Part shown: positions 23,845-36,534 of the stretch, piece after piece
How the letters are laid out: each line of letters begins with the position of its first letter
Position numbering within the stretch: position 1 is the first letter of the stretch
Source of the DNA: Macrostomum lignano
Taxonomy: Eukaryota
Assembly: GCA_002269645.1 (NCBI GenBank)
Contig: NIVC01000645.1
Location: 1-64,000, forward strand
DNA: 64,000 nt
Reading direction: 5' to 3'
The notes under the pieces: model-generated
What the model was told of the DNA's origin: nothing
The model's database searches: none
The model's input: only the letters and a program-made list of their open reading frames with translations
Translations under genes and position numbers: made by a program

Positions 23845-25045
23845 ATGGTATCAATGTCTCTGGTTATCAATCTGTCTCTGGTTATCAATTTGTCTATGGT
23901 ATCAATTTGTCTATGGTATCAATTTGTCTATGGTATCAATATGTCTCTGGTTATCAATTTGTCTATGGTATCAATTTGTCTATGGTATCAATTTGTCTAT
24001 GGTATCAATTTGTCTCTGGTTATCAATTTGTCTATGGTATCAATTTGTCTATGGTATCAATTTGTCTATGGTATCAATATGTCTCTGGTTATCAATTTGT
24101 CTATGGTATCAATTTGTCTATGGTATCAATTTGTCTATGGTATCAATTTGTCTCTGGTTATCAATTTGTCTATGGTATCAATTTGTCTATGGTATCAATT
24201 TGTCTACGGTATCAATTTGTCTCTGGTTATCAATTTGTCTATGGTATCAATTTGTCTATGGTATCAATTTGTCTCTGGTTATCAATTTGTCTATGGTATC
24301 AATTTGTCTATGGTATCAATTTGTCTATGGTATCAATATGTCTCTGGTTATCAATTTGTCTATGGTATCAATTTGTCTATGGTATCAATTTGTCTATGGT
24401 ATCAATTTGTCTCTGGTTATCAATTTGTCTATGGTATCAATTTGTCTATGGTATCAATTTGTCTACGGTATCAATTTGTCTTTGGTTATCAATTTGTCTA
24501 TGGTTATGAATTTGTCTATGGTATCAATTTGTCTCTGGTTATCAATTTGTCTATGGTATCAATTTGTCTATGGTATCAATTTGTCTATGGTTATGAATTT
24601 GTCTATGGTTATCAATTTGTCTATGGTATCAATTTGTCTATGGTATCAATTTGTCTATGGTATCAATTTGTCTATGGTATCAATTTGTCTATGGTTATGA
24701 ATTTGTCTATGGTTATAAATTTGTCTCTGGTTATCAATTTGTCTATGGTATCAATTTGTCTATGGTATCAATTTGTCTATGGTTATGAATTTGTCTATGG
24801 TTATCAATTTGTCTATGGTATCAATTTGTCTATGGTATCAATTTGTCTATGGTTATGAATTTGTCTATGGTTATAAATTTGTCTCTGGTTATCAATTTGT
24901 CTATGGTATCAATTTGTCTATGGTATCATTTGTCTACGGTATCAATTTGTCTATGGTATCAATTTGTCTATGGTATCAATTTGTCTGTGGTATCAATTTG
25001 TCTCTGGTATCAATTTTTCTATGGTATCAATTTGTCTATGGTATC
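23845..25045. repeat. 17-bp minisatellite (GGTATCAATTTGTCTAT)n, left part
   Basis: Tandem repeat interrupted by the LTR element; resumes at 29686. Confidence 0.97.
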
Positions 25046-28000
25046 TGTAGTGACTCAGACAAAATCGGAGGGTTTGCGAGTGCACGAAGAATCTTAGAAA
25101 TGGGCCGACTTGCCCTGCAAGTATATTTATATATGTGAAGAGTAAGTGCGCGTGAGTCTTACGTAATACATTGCAACACGTGACTAATAATATTTGCGCG
25201 CCAATATTGTACGCTCGTACATCGCACTGAACTACACTACATCTCTCCTCAAATACGGCTTAAAAGCAAACTTTTAAAGTTGGGTTTAAAAAATCTGTTT
25301 TTGTTAAATTTCATTCTGTTACAAATTTAGCAAAAGTCCAGCAAAAAATACAAAAAATCAGATGCTACCGTTTAACAAAAACCTTTTTCAAGCCTTGTAG
25401 TTCACGTTCACCTTCGCCGCCCGGGGATGTGGCCGCAACGCAATGGGCGAGGCCGCTCGCTCGCCTGCGGCTGGCTGCGGCGGAGGCGCATTCACTTCCG
25501 GTTGCGGCATCGCTGCCAGCTCGCCCAGATTGTCAGGCTCGGACTCCGGTGCCACTCGCTTTAGGTCGGTGCAGTGCCGCCTGCAAACTCTGGCACCCTG
25601 TCGTATCGTCGCCGAGTCCGCCTTGATCTCCTCGATGAGCCAGGGGTCCCACTCGAACGGCGTGTCTCCCTTGAGCGGATTCAGTCGCCGCCGCAGCACT
25701 GTGTCGCCAACCTTGAGCTTGTGCGGTCTCGCCAGTCGCTTCCGGTCTGTGTAGAGCTTGCCTTGCGCCTTTCGAAGTGCGTCGCGCTGCCGAAGCTGCC
25801 GGTCTGCGATGGCCACCGGTCTCGACGGTCTGACCGACGGGATGGAGTCGTTCAGCACGCGACCCATGAGGAGCTCGGCAGGCGCCCGTCCAGTTGTTCG
25901 CTGAGGCGTGCACCGATAGGCCAGCAGCCACTCGTCAAGGGCCGCTCTCCAGTCGCGCTTCTGTGCGATCGCAGCGCGCACCACCTTGTTGATGGAACGA
26001 TTCAAACGCTCGGTGGCGCCGTTGGCCTGTGGATGTAACGGTGTGATGAGGCGCTGCCGAATTCCGTAGCTGTCCAGGAAGCTCTTGAACTGGGCTGAAG
26101 AGAACGGTGGGCCGTTGTCAGTAACTAACGTTTGAGGGATTCCAAACCGGACGAATGAACTCCTCAGTCGAGGGATTAGCGCCTCAGCCGTCGTGGTCTG
26201 GACAACCTCCACCTCGGGAATCGGGAGTATTGATCGACGCAGACTAGCAGCATGCTGCCTTGAATGGGTCCTAGCAGATCCGCCCCGAGCGTCAGCCAGG
26301 CCGCCTTCGGGATGGGCGTCGGCTTTAGCGGTGATGCAGTCACGTCAGCGGCATGCGAGGTCGCCAGGCAGGCCCGGCACGTGGCTATGAAGCGCTCCGT
26401 CTCCAGTTGCATCCTTGGCCACCAGACCTTGGTGTTCAGCCGGTCCAGCGTCTTACGTGTGCACTGGTGCCCCCGGTGCGCTAGATCCAGTACAAGCCGT
26501 CGGAGCGCCACCGGGACGATGATCCGCTGGCCCCGTAGGAGCACCCCGTCCACTGCCGACAGTTCGTGACGCAGCGCATGCAGCGACCGCAGTTCTGCTG
26601 ACTCCAGGCTCCACCGCCCTGTCTCTAAGGCGCGAATCGCCGCTTGAATTGTTGCGTCCTTTTGCGAGCTGTTCTGTACGCTGGTCAGTGACAGCGCATT
26701 TAGTACGGCCGCCTGTACAACAGCGGCGATGGAAAGTGCATCCAGCTCTTCGCCCACATTCGGTGCGGGTGTCGGCAGTGGCTGTCGGCTGAGCACGTCT
26801 GCCGGGTTGAGCGGGCCCGGCTGGTACTCGACTGTGAATTTCATATGCTGAATGCGCAATGCCATCCTTTCGATTCTCGGAGGGGGTCTCGAACTGCTGC
26901 CGAACAGAGCAACCAGTGGCTTGTGGTCGGTTTGCACCGTGAACATCGGCGCGCCGTGGAGGTAGAATTGAAACTTTAAACAGCCGAACTTCACGGCCAA
27001 CGCCTCTTTCTCTGTTTGGGAATAGCGTTGCTCAACGTTCGACAGTGTCCGGCTAGCGTATGCAATGGGCCGCCTGGTTCCGTCCGATTGTGTCTGTGAC
27101 AGGATTGCACCCAGCCCCGCTGGCCCAGCGTCGACAATGAGTTGCGTCGGAAGGCGATGGTTGAAAAAGGCAAGAGAGCCACTTGACGCGATTTGAGATT
27201 TGATGTCGCTGAAGGCTTGTCTTTCCAGATCGGCCCATGCCCAGGGCTGGCCCTTCCTTGTCAGGTTGCGCAGCGGCTTTGCCAGGTCCGCCAGCCTCGG
27301 GGTGAATGCGGCCAGGTAGTTGACAAGTCCCAAGAACGAGCGCACCTCCGTGACATTCGTTGGCTCTGCAAATGCATTAACTGCCTCTAGCTTTGACTCG
27401 GTTGGCCTGACTCCGTCCTTCGACAATCGCATCCCCATGAAGGTGACTTGCGTTCGTGCCAGCTTGCACTTGGCCGGGTTGAGCGTCAGTCCGTGCTGCG
27501 CCAGCCGCTGGAGGCACTCCCGCAGATTGTTGTGATGCTCCGCCACGCTGTGGCCATAGACAATAATGTCATCGTGGATCCATTTTACTTTTGAAAGTCC
27601 AGCCAGCACGGATGACATAACAGCTTGAAGAATTTCCTGCGCCGTTGATAGCCCCATGCAGAGTCTCGTCAGCCGCCGAAGACCTCGAGGCGTTGAAAAA
27701 GTTAGAAGATGCCGGCACTCCTCTGACACAGGGATTTGATAGAATGCTTTTGCGACGTCCAACTCTGAGAACAGCGTCGCTCCTGCCATGTCGCCTGTTA
27801 CCTCCTCAAAGGTCGGTATTGGGTGTCGCTCCCTGACGACAGACTTGTTTAGCTCCCTCAGATCCTGAGTGATCCTGATCTCGCCAGGAGCTTCTTTGGG
27901 GACGACGACGATACGAGAAACCCACGGGCAGGGTCCCTCCACTGGCTCAATGATGCCTTGTTCTTCTAGGTACTGGAGCTCGGCGTCCACTGCTGGAGCG

Positions 28001-29685
28001 AGGTGAATTGGCACTCTTGATGGTGGATGGCACACTGGTCTTGCGCCCTCTTCCAGGAAGATGCGGGCTGCGTAGTTCTTAAGACAGCCGATTCCGTCGA
28101 AGGCCTGTGCATTTTCCTTGAGGATTTCGTCTAAAGATGGAGCACCTGGGGACTGCCGAAGGTCTTTTGGAACGCCGGCTAGCAGCCTGTCAGTCGGACA
28201 CTCCGAGCGTAGCTCACACGCTGCCTTGTCTTCCGGGCCGACTCGCAGAACTCCTAGGTCTTCCGCGCTCCTGCGGCCTATTATGCAAGCACCCTTTCCG
28301 TCCAGCACCAGGAACGGAAGCGTCTCCTGGCAACCGAAAACGCTGACCTGTAGGTCGGTCTTGCCGAGCAGCTTCAGTGGCTGTTGGCTTCCATAGGGAT
28401 AGACCCGATCACTGGCTGCTTGGAGCCTGGCCTTCTGTGGCATCCTTTCGAAGGCCTCCCTGTCGATGATGTTGCAGGCCGCTCCACTGTCGATAAGCAG
28501 GGTTGTCTTGAATCCGTTGACGGTGGCTTGAGTCCATGCTGATCCGCTATTTCGGAGGCTGAAAAGCTCGTGCTCAGTGGATTTGTCCTGCAGATATTCG
28601 ACTTGCCCGTAGGAGCGATCGTCCGGTTCGTTGACAGCTCTCACGGGTATTCTGGACGTTCCCCGACATGCCCGGGCGAAATGGCCAATCTTACCGCAGC
28701 GTCGACATGCCTTGTCTCTAGCAGCCTCGCACGTTCGATGACCCGGCCGTCCGCAGCGCTCGCAGCTGATGCCACCGTCCTTCATTGCAGGATCCCTTCT
28801 GAATGGCTGCGACGGTCGTGCTCGGGGTGGGCCTAGCGCAGCCACGTTCGCGGTCGTCATGGCGGCGGCGCCACCTGAGCTGTTTTCTTCCATGGCCTGA
28901 GCCTGTTGCTCCGCAGCTTCCCTTGCTCGGATTCGCTTCAGTACGTCAGCTAGACAGATATCGTTCAGCTGAAGGAGCTCCCTTCTGATCTTCTCCGATC
29001 GGTAGTGGGCGACCACCTTGTCCCTGATGAGAGAGTCCCGTAGTTCTCCGAATTCGCATTGATCCGCGGCCTTGCGCAGCCGATGGTACCACGCATCGAT
29101 GGACTCCCCCTCCTCCTGTCTGCAGGTCTCGAATTGGTACCGGAGGAAGACGACGCTGTTTTTCTGGTCGAAGATCTCTTGTAGCTTTTGGATGAGCTCG
29201 TTTGTAGATTTTCCTTTTTGAACACTGTTGTCTTCCATAAAGTCTTCCAACTTCTCTCCCGCTGTGTAGACCAGCAACTCCAGCTGTTGTGTCGCATCTG
29301 TGATGCCAGCAGCGCGAATGTAGCTATTGAACCTCCGTGCCCAAGTCTTCCATCTCTGGGCTCGTGTGAGTGGATCGCTATCGATATCAAATGCATCTGG
29401 TGCAGTGAGTTGCAAAGCTTGGGCCATGTTTGTGTGGCTGGAACCGCGCTGGGTTAGAGAGTGATGATCAGTCAATAGTTTGCTCGCGACGCCATGTAGT
29501 GACTCAGACAAAATCGGAGGGTTTGCGAGTGCACGAAGAATCTTAGAAATGGGCCGACTTGCCCTGCAAGTATATTTATATATGTGAAGAGTAAGTGCGC
29601 GTGAGTCTTACGTAATACATTGCAACACGTGACTAATAATATTTGCGCGCCAATATTGTACGCTCGTACATCGCACTGAACTACA
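25046..29685 (-). mobile_element. Full-length Ty3/Gypsy (Mag-like) LTR retrotransposon, 4640 bp
   Basis: Two 191-bp LTRs, identical by eye (25046-25236, 29495-29685), ends TGTAG...CTACA; TSD GTATC on both sides; PBS TGGCGTCGCGAG next to the 5' LTR; PPT GAGGAGAGATGTAG next to the 3' LTR; domain order gag-PR-RT-RH-IN. Confidence 0.97.
25388..29427 (-). CDS. Gag-Pol polyprotein with one 1-nt frameshift in integrase (about 26216)
   Basis: CCHC knuckle CRRCGKIGHFARAC, protease LIDSGA, RT WIHDDII, RNase H DAGPAGLG...TDHKPL, integrase H..HQ/C..C, TDNGPPF, HPQANGATER. Confidence 0.93.
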
Positions 29686-29907
29686 GTATCAATTTGCCTA
29701 TGGTATCAATTTGTCTCTGGTATCAATTTGTCTCTGGTATCAATTTGTCTCTGGTTATCAAATTGTCTTTGGTATCAATTTGTCTATATGGTATCAATTT
29801 GTCTATGGTATCAATTTGTCTCTGGTATCAATTTGTCTCTGGTATCAATTTGTCTCTGGTTATCAAATTGTCTTTGGTATCAATTTGTCTCTGGTATCAA
29901 TTTGTCT
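29686..29907. repeat. 17-bp minisatellite, right part
   Basis: Same unit as 23845-25045. Confidence 0.95.
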
Positions 29908-30299
29908 ACTGCTTCCTATTCAGCTCCAAAGCCTCTGGAAGCAAATTCGGTACTTCGAATGCTGCAGTTTTTTTTGTTGATCAACTGCTTTGCGCCGCAA
30001 CTGCGAAAGGGAGGGCAGTAAAAGCACGCAGAAATAAAATAATATGGCACTGCAGAGCACTGCCTCCCGGCTTTTCTGTGTACTTTAGCTTGGAAACGGT
30101 TTTCAATTGTTTCTAGTGCCACACAAAGCAACACAGACATTTTTATAGCGTTTGAATTGCTCAAAAACTGGATGGAAAAAGTAGAGAACGGAACTAGACA
30201 AATGAGAGGCTGGATTATCGAATGTTTGCGACATGTAAATTATTATATATATAATATACTTTACATATCTCTGAGACCCTGGAAAAACGGTTGTGACAT

Positions 30300-32962
30300 A
30301 GAGATGACAGAGACAAGGAGGTGAAAGGGCAAGGGACATGACATCTAACAGTGAGATGACAGAGACAGGGGCACAGGCAGGGAGGTGACAGAGACAGGGG
30401 GCACAGGCAGGTGATGACAGAGACAGGGGGCACAGGCAGGGAGGTGACAGAGACAGGGGCACAGGCAGGGAGGTGACAGAGACAGGGGGCACAGGCAGGT
30501 GATGACAGAGACAGGGGGCACAGGCAGGGAGGTGACAGAGACAGGGGGCACAGGCAGGTGATGACAGAGACAGGGGGCACAGGCAGGTGATGACAGAGAC
30601 AGGGGGCACAGGCAGGGAGGTGACAGAGACAGGGGGCACAGGCAGGTGATGACAGAGACAGGGGGCACAGGCAGGTGATGACAGAGACAGGGGCACAGGC
30701 AGGGAGGTGACAGAGACAGGGGGCACAGGCAGGTGATGACAGAGACAGGGGGCACAGGCAAGTGATGACAGAGACAGGGGGCACAGGCAGGTGATGACAG
30801 AGACAGGGGGCACAGGCAGGTGATGACAGAGACAGGGGGCGCAGGCAGGGAGATGACAGAGACAGGGGGCACAGGCAGGTGATGACAGAGACAGGGGGCA
30901 CAGGCAGGTGATGACAGAGACAGGGGGCACAGGCAGGTGATGACAGAGACAGGGGGCACAGGCAGGTGATGACAGAGACAGGGGGCGCAGGCAGGGAGAT
31001 GACAGAGACAGGGGGCACAGGCAGGTGATGACAGAGACAGGGGGCACAGGCAGGGAGATGACAGAGACAGGGGGCACAGGGCAGGGAGATGACAGAGACA
31101 GGGGGCACAGGCAGGGAGATGACAGAGACAGGGGGCACAGGCAGGTGATGACAGAGACAGGGGGCGCAGGCAGGGAGATGACAGAGACAGGGGGCACAGG
31201 CAGGGAGATGACAGAGACAGGGGGCACAGGGCAGGGAGATGACAGAGACAGGGGGCACAGGCAGGGAGATGACAGAGACAGGGGGCACAGGCAGGGAGAT
31301 GACAGAGACAGGGGGCACAGGCAGGGAGATGACAGAGACAGGGGGCACAGGCAGGGAGATGACAGAGACAGGGGGCACAGGCAGGGAGATGACAGAGACA
31401 GGGGGCACAGGCAGGTGATGACAGAGACAGGGGGCGCAGGCAGGGAGATGACAGAGACAGGGGGCGCAGGCAGGGAGATGACAGAGACAGGGGGCACAGG
31501 GCAGGGAGATGACAGAGACAGGGGGCACAGGCAGGCAGATGACAGAGACAGGGGGCGCAGGCAGGTGATGACAGAGACGGGGCACAGGCAAGGAGATGGC
31601 AGGGACAACAGGCAGATGACAGAGACAGGGGGCGCAGGCAGGTGATGACAGAGACAGGGGGCGCAGGCAGGTGATGACAGAGACAGGGGGCGCAGGCAGG
31701 TGATGACAGAGACAGGGGCACAGGCAAGGAGATGGCAGGGACAACAGGCAGATGACAGAGACAGGGGGCGCAGGCAGGTGATGACAGAGACGGGGCACAG
31801 GCAAGGAGATGGCAGGGACAACAGGCAGATGACAGAGACAGGGGGCGCAGGCAGGTGATGACAGAGACGGGGCACAGGCAAGGAGATGGCAGGGACAACA
31901 GGCAGATGACAGAGACAGGGGGCGCAGGCAGGTGATGACAGAGACAGGGGGCGCAGGCAGGTGATGACAGAGACGGGGCACAGGCAAGGAGATGGCAGGG
32001 ACAACAGGCAGATGACAGAGACAGGGGGCGCAGGCAGGTGATGACAGAGACGGGGCACAGGCAAGGAGATGGCAGGGACAACAGGCAGATGACAGAGACA
32101 GGGGGCGCAGGCAGGTGATGACAGAGACAGGGGGCGCAGGCAGGTGATGACAGAGACAGGGGGCACAGGCAGGTGATGACAGAGACAGGGGGCGCAGGCA
32201 GGTGATGACAGAGACAGGGGGCGCAGGCAGGTGATGACAGAGACGGGGCACAGGCAAGGAGATGGCAGGGACAACAGGCAGATGACAGAGACAGGGGGCG
32301 CAGGCAGGTGATGACAGAGACAGGGGGCGCAGGCAGGTGATGACAGAGACGGGGCACAGGCAAGGAGATGGCAGGGACAACAGGGAGATGACAGAGACAG
32401 GGGGCACAGGCAGGGAGATGACAGAGACGGGGCACAGGCAGGGAGATGACAGAGACGGGGCACAGGCAGGGAGATGACAGAGACGGGGCACAGGCAAGGA
32501 GATGGCAGGGACAACAGGGAGATGACAGAGACAGGGGGCACAGGCAGGGAGATGACAGAGACGGGGCACAGGCAGGGAGATGACAGAGACGGGGCACAGG
32601 CAGGGAGATGACAGAGACAGGGGGCGCAGGCAGGGAGATGACAGAGACGGGGCACAGGCAGGGAGATGACAGAGACGGGGCACAGGCAGGGAGATGACAG
32701 AGACGGGGCACAGGCAGGGAGATGACAGAGACAGGGGGCGCAGGCAGGGAGATGACAGAGACGGGGCACAGGCAGGGAGATGACAGAGACGGGGCACAGG
32801 CAAGGAGATGGCAGGGACAACAGGGAGATGACAGAGACAGGGGGCACAGGCAGGGAGATGACAGAGACGGGGCACAGGCAGGGAGATGACAGAGACGGGG
32901 CACAGGCAAGGAGATGGCAGGGACAACAGGGAGATGACAGAGACAGGGGGCACAGGCAGGGA
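30300..32962. repeat. About 29-30-bp minisatellite (GATGACAGAGACAGGGGGCACAGGCAG[GT/GGA])n with higher-order variants
   Basis: Direct tandem repeat; source of the spurious 886-968 aa ORFs. Confidence 0.97.
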
Positions 32963-33486
32963 GCTGAGGGCAGGTATCCAACTGTACTGTCCTTGCAGCA
33001 GCCAATCAAACGCGACCGGAGCGCATTCTGAGGCCGGCCACCTCCCCAATGGCTGTCCTGCAGTCAAATATCTAATCGAGCTCTCCCAGAGAAATCAGGA
33101 AGGACGAGAAGCGAAGAGGAGTTGGTTGAGTCTGCAACACCCGCTATAAACCCAGCGCATTGCATGTTTAGCCTTGAAAATTTAATAATAACGCAATCCG
33201 AAATTGAAACAGGCCTTTCAATCAGTAACTTCATCAGTAATTTCATCATCACATCTTGATGCAAGGCTATTGGTAAGTTAATTAGAGGCTAGGGTACTTA
33301 ATTAGGTAGGATTCGAAATCCAGCCGGCGAAAATTGCTCAAATGTTTTTGTCTTATTTTTTAATTATAATTTACTCTTCATTTTAACGGTTTTTTTTATT
33401 TCATGGAATTGAAGGATTTCCAACCCAGACCCGGATTCAGACCTGCGAATCTCAAGAGCGCGTTTCTGAAGCTGAAGCCGCCCCTG

Positions 33487-34050
33487 AGGTTTAGGTTAGG
33501 GTGTTAGGGTTTAGGTTAGGGTGTTTGGGTTTAGGTTAGGATGTCAAAGTTTAGCTTGGGGTGCTTAGGTTTAAGTTGAGGGTGTTAGATCTAGGTTAGG
33601 GTGTTTAGGTTTAGTTTAGGGCGTTTGGGTTTAGGTTAGGGTGTTTGGATTTAGGTTAGGGTGTTTGGGTTTAGGTTAGAGTGTTTGGGTTTAGGTTAGG
33701 GTGTTTGGATTTAGGTTAGGGTGTTTGGATTTAGGTTAGGGTGTTTGGGTTTAGGCTAGGGTGTTTGGGTTTAGGTTAGGGTGTTTGGGTTTAGGTTAGA
33801 GTGTTTGGGTTTAGGTTAGAGTGTTTGGGTTTAGGTTAGAGTGTTTGGGTTTAGGCTAGGGTGTTTGGGTTTAGGTTAGGGTGTTTGGGTTTAGGTTAGA
33901 GTGTTTGGGTTTAGGTTAGGGTGTTTGGATTTAGGTTAGGGTGTTTGGGTTTAGGTTAGGGTGTTTGGGTTTAAGGTAGGGTGTTAGGGTGTTAGGTTAG
34001 GGTTGTAGAATTTAGGTTAAGGGTGTCAGGGTTTAGGTGAGGGTTAGGTT
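33487..34050. repeat. Interstitial telomere-like 20-bp minisatellite (TTTAGGTTAGGGTGTTTGGG)n
   Basis: 20-bp periodicity; the unit contains TTAGGG and a TTTAGG variant. Confidence 0.9.
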
Positions 34051-35049
34051 AGGTTCGGCAGTTAATTATCGTTCACCCTATAGTCTACTGAGCAACTTGT
34101 ATTCACATATACTGCACATATACTACACATATACTAGGGGGCTTAGGGAAATCGCAACCAGCTTCAGCCGGAGTTGAAACCCATTAGTTGGACTTGACTT
34201 GGCTGCAAGGCGGACCAAAAACGCAGTGACGGAGGCGAGCGTCGCCCGTTCCGCTAAATCCCAGAAAATCCCGCATTAGGCCGGGCCGCGGGTCTGCCGA
34301 ACACTAAAGAAAAAAGTTTAAAAAGTTCCGACTGAAGTTTTGTGAATCAAGGTAGTGAATCCAGCGTGGCAGGTGCGCAGAAGAACGAAGGTGAATCAAA
34401 CGACCCGTGTAAAGTAATACGAATTGTACAAGTCTGACACTGCCGCGTGTAATTGGGCCGCGAGAGCGCGAGAGCGAGACAAGAAGGGCTAATTGGCGCT
34501 TATCAGCAAGTGTGATTGAGAATCCGACTTCAGAAATGATTTGTCTGTCTTTGATCGAGAGTTCTCATTTCACCACATTCAGCAGCGACTCTGTGGCGAG
34601 CCCCGCTTATCTCAATAGCTGAAAAGTGCATTGAGTTTCTTATATCAGTAAGAGTTTTATCAGTGCCAGCTGCCAGAGATTCAATGACTCATTCAAAGTA
34701 CACTGTTTTTGAAGGACGCAGTTTTCGTGACATCAGTTGCTATTTTTGGAATATTTAAAAGTTCTTCAATCGAAATTAAAAGCCGAGAGCCAAAAATTCA
34801 AGCTATTTGTTGAAATGAAAAAATGATCAAATGAATTCTAAAAAATATTTTTTACTCTCTTTAATTTGTAGTTGGGCTTAAACATCTTCATTTCGAAGAA
34901 AATTTAAAAGGAAAATTAAAGCTAGACGAAAAATCTTCGCCCAAGTTCGGAAGACAAAAAGGAAGTAATAAAAATTTACTCGAATAAATTGTACGTGTAG
35001 AAATCTTTGTACAGTCAGAATGGTTAGTCCCCCTCACCCATCCACCCCC

Positions 35050-35555
35050 TTCCTCTGAGGTTGGCATCCAACCTCAGGATTGGAATCTCGGCCACCCCCT
35101 GAGAATTGGCATCTCGGCCACCCATGAGGATTGGCATCTCGGACACTCCCTGAGGATTGGCATCTCGGACAACCCCTGAGGATTGGCATCTCGGCCACCC
35201 TCTCCCACTGAGGATTGGAATCTCAGCCACCCATGAGGATTGGCATCTCGGACACCCCCTGAGGATTGGCATCTCGGACACCCCCTGAGGATTGGCATCT
35301 CGGACACCCCCTGAGGATTGGCATCTCAGACACCCCCTGAGGATTGGCATCTCGGACACCCCCTGAGGATTGGCATCTCAGACACCCCCTGAGGATTGGC
35401 ATCTCGGACACCCCCTGAGGATTGGCATCTCAGACACCCCCTGAGGATTGGCATCTCGGACACCCCCTGAGGATTGGCATCTCGGCCATTCCCTCCCCTG
35501 AGGATTGACATCTCGGCCATTCCCTCCCCTGAGGGTTGGCATCTCGGCCACCCCC
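35050..35555. repeat. 26-bp minisatellite (GGATTGGCATCTCGGACACCCCCTGA)n
   Basis: Direct tandem repeat. Confidence 0.95.
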
Positions 35556-35805
35556 GTAAGCGTGGCAATTCGAAAGCTGAAGCTTCAGACTGCCTTAATA
35601 TTTTTCTTTTTTTAAAATTTGAGAATAAGTTATTCCGAGCGTTAAGCTTCGACTTCAACAGGCTTATCTTTTTGACCTGTTTCGTGGGCGTCTGCTCGAA
35701 ATCTCCAACTGCTAAATTTCACATTTCAAAAGGCCTGAAAATTTCCTTTGTCAATCATTTTCGACAAAGATCCGATATTTTCTGCCCGTGCGTTTGCTTT
35801 CGTTT

Positions 35806-36450
35806 CGGTACCCGGTGAAGCCGGTACCCGGTGAAGCCGGTACCCGGTGAAGCCGGTACCCGGTGAAGCCGGTACCCGGTGAAGCCGGTACCCGGTGAAG
35901 CCGGTACCCGGTGAAGCCGGTACCCGGTGAAGCCGGTACCCGGTGAAGCCGGTACCCGGTGAAGCCGGTACCCGGTGAAGCCGGTACCCGGTGAAGCCGG
36001 TACCCGGTGAAGCCGGTACCCGGTGAAGCCGGTACCCGGTGAAGCCGGTACCCGGTGAAGCCGGTACCCGGTGAAGCCGGTACCCGGTGAAGCCGGTACC
36101 CGGTGAAGCCGGTACCCGGTGAAGCCGGTACCCGGTGAAGCCGGTACCCGGTGAAGCCGGTACCCGGTGAAGCCGGTACCCGGTGAAGCCGGTACCCGGT
36201 GAAGCCGGTACCCGGTGAAGCCGGTACCCGGTGAAGCCGGTACCCGGTGAAGCCGGTACCCGGTGAAGCCGGTACCCGGTGAAGCCGGTACCCGGTGAAG
36301 CCGGTACCCGGTGAAGCCGGTACCCGGTGAAGCCAGTACCCGGTGAAGCCGGTACCCGGTGAAGCCGGTACCCGGTGAAGCCGGTACCCGGTGAAGCCAG
36401 TACCCGGTGAAGCCGGTACCCGGTGAAGCCGGTACCCGGTGAAGCCGGTA
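35806..36450. repeat. Highly homogeneous 16-bp minisatellite (CCGGTACCCGGTGAAG)n, about 40 copies
   Basis: Direct tandem repeat ending about 85 bp before the GPCR ATG. Confidence 0.98.
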
Positions 36451-36534
36451 TCCGGGAAGCCAGTGCCCGAAAGCTACAGCATACAGCTGGAATGTGAAGC
36501 GCTCACACGCCATTATCACACCGTTTTCAGAGCC

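Noticed and set aside
30103-33067. 886-968 aa Cys/Pro-rich ORFs
   Set aside because: Open in all three minus frames because the about 29-bp satellite lacks stops; no splice signals or unique coding content.
35755-36534. N-terminal extension of the GPCR ORF and the antisense 278-aa ORF
   Set aside because: Both derive from the 16-bp array; ATG 36535 after an acceptor-like site is the better start.
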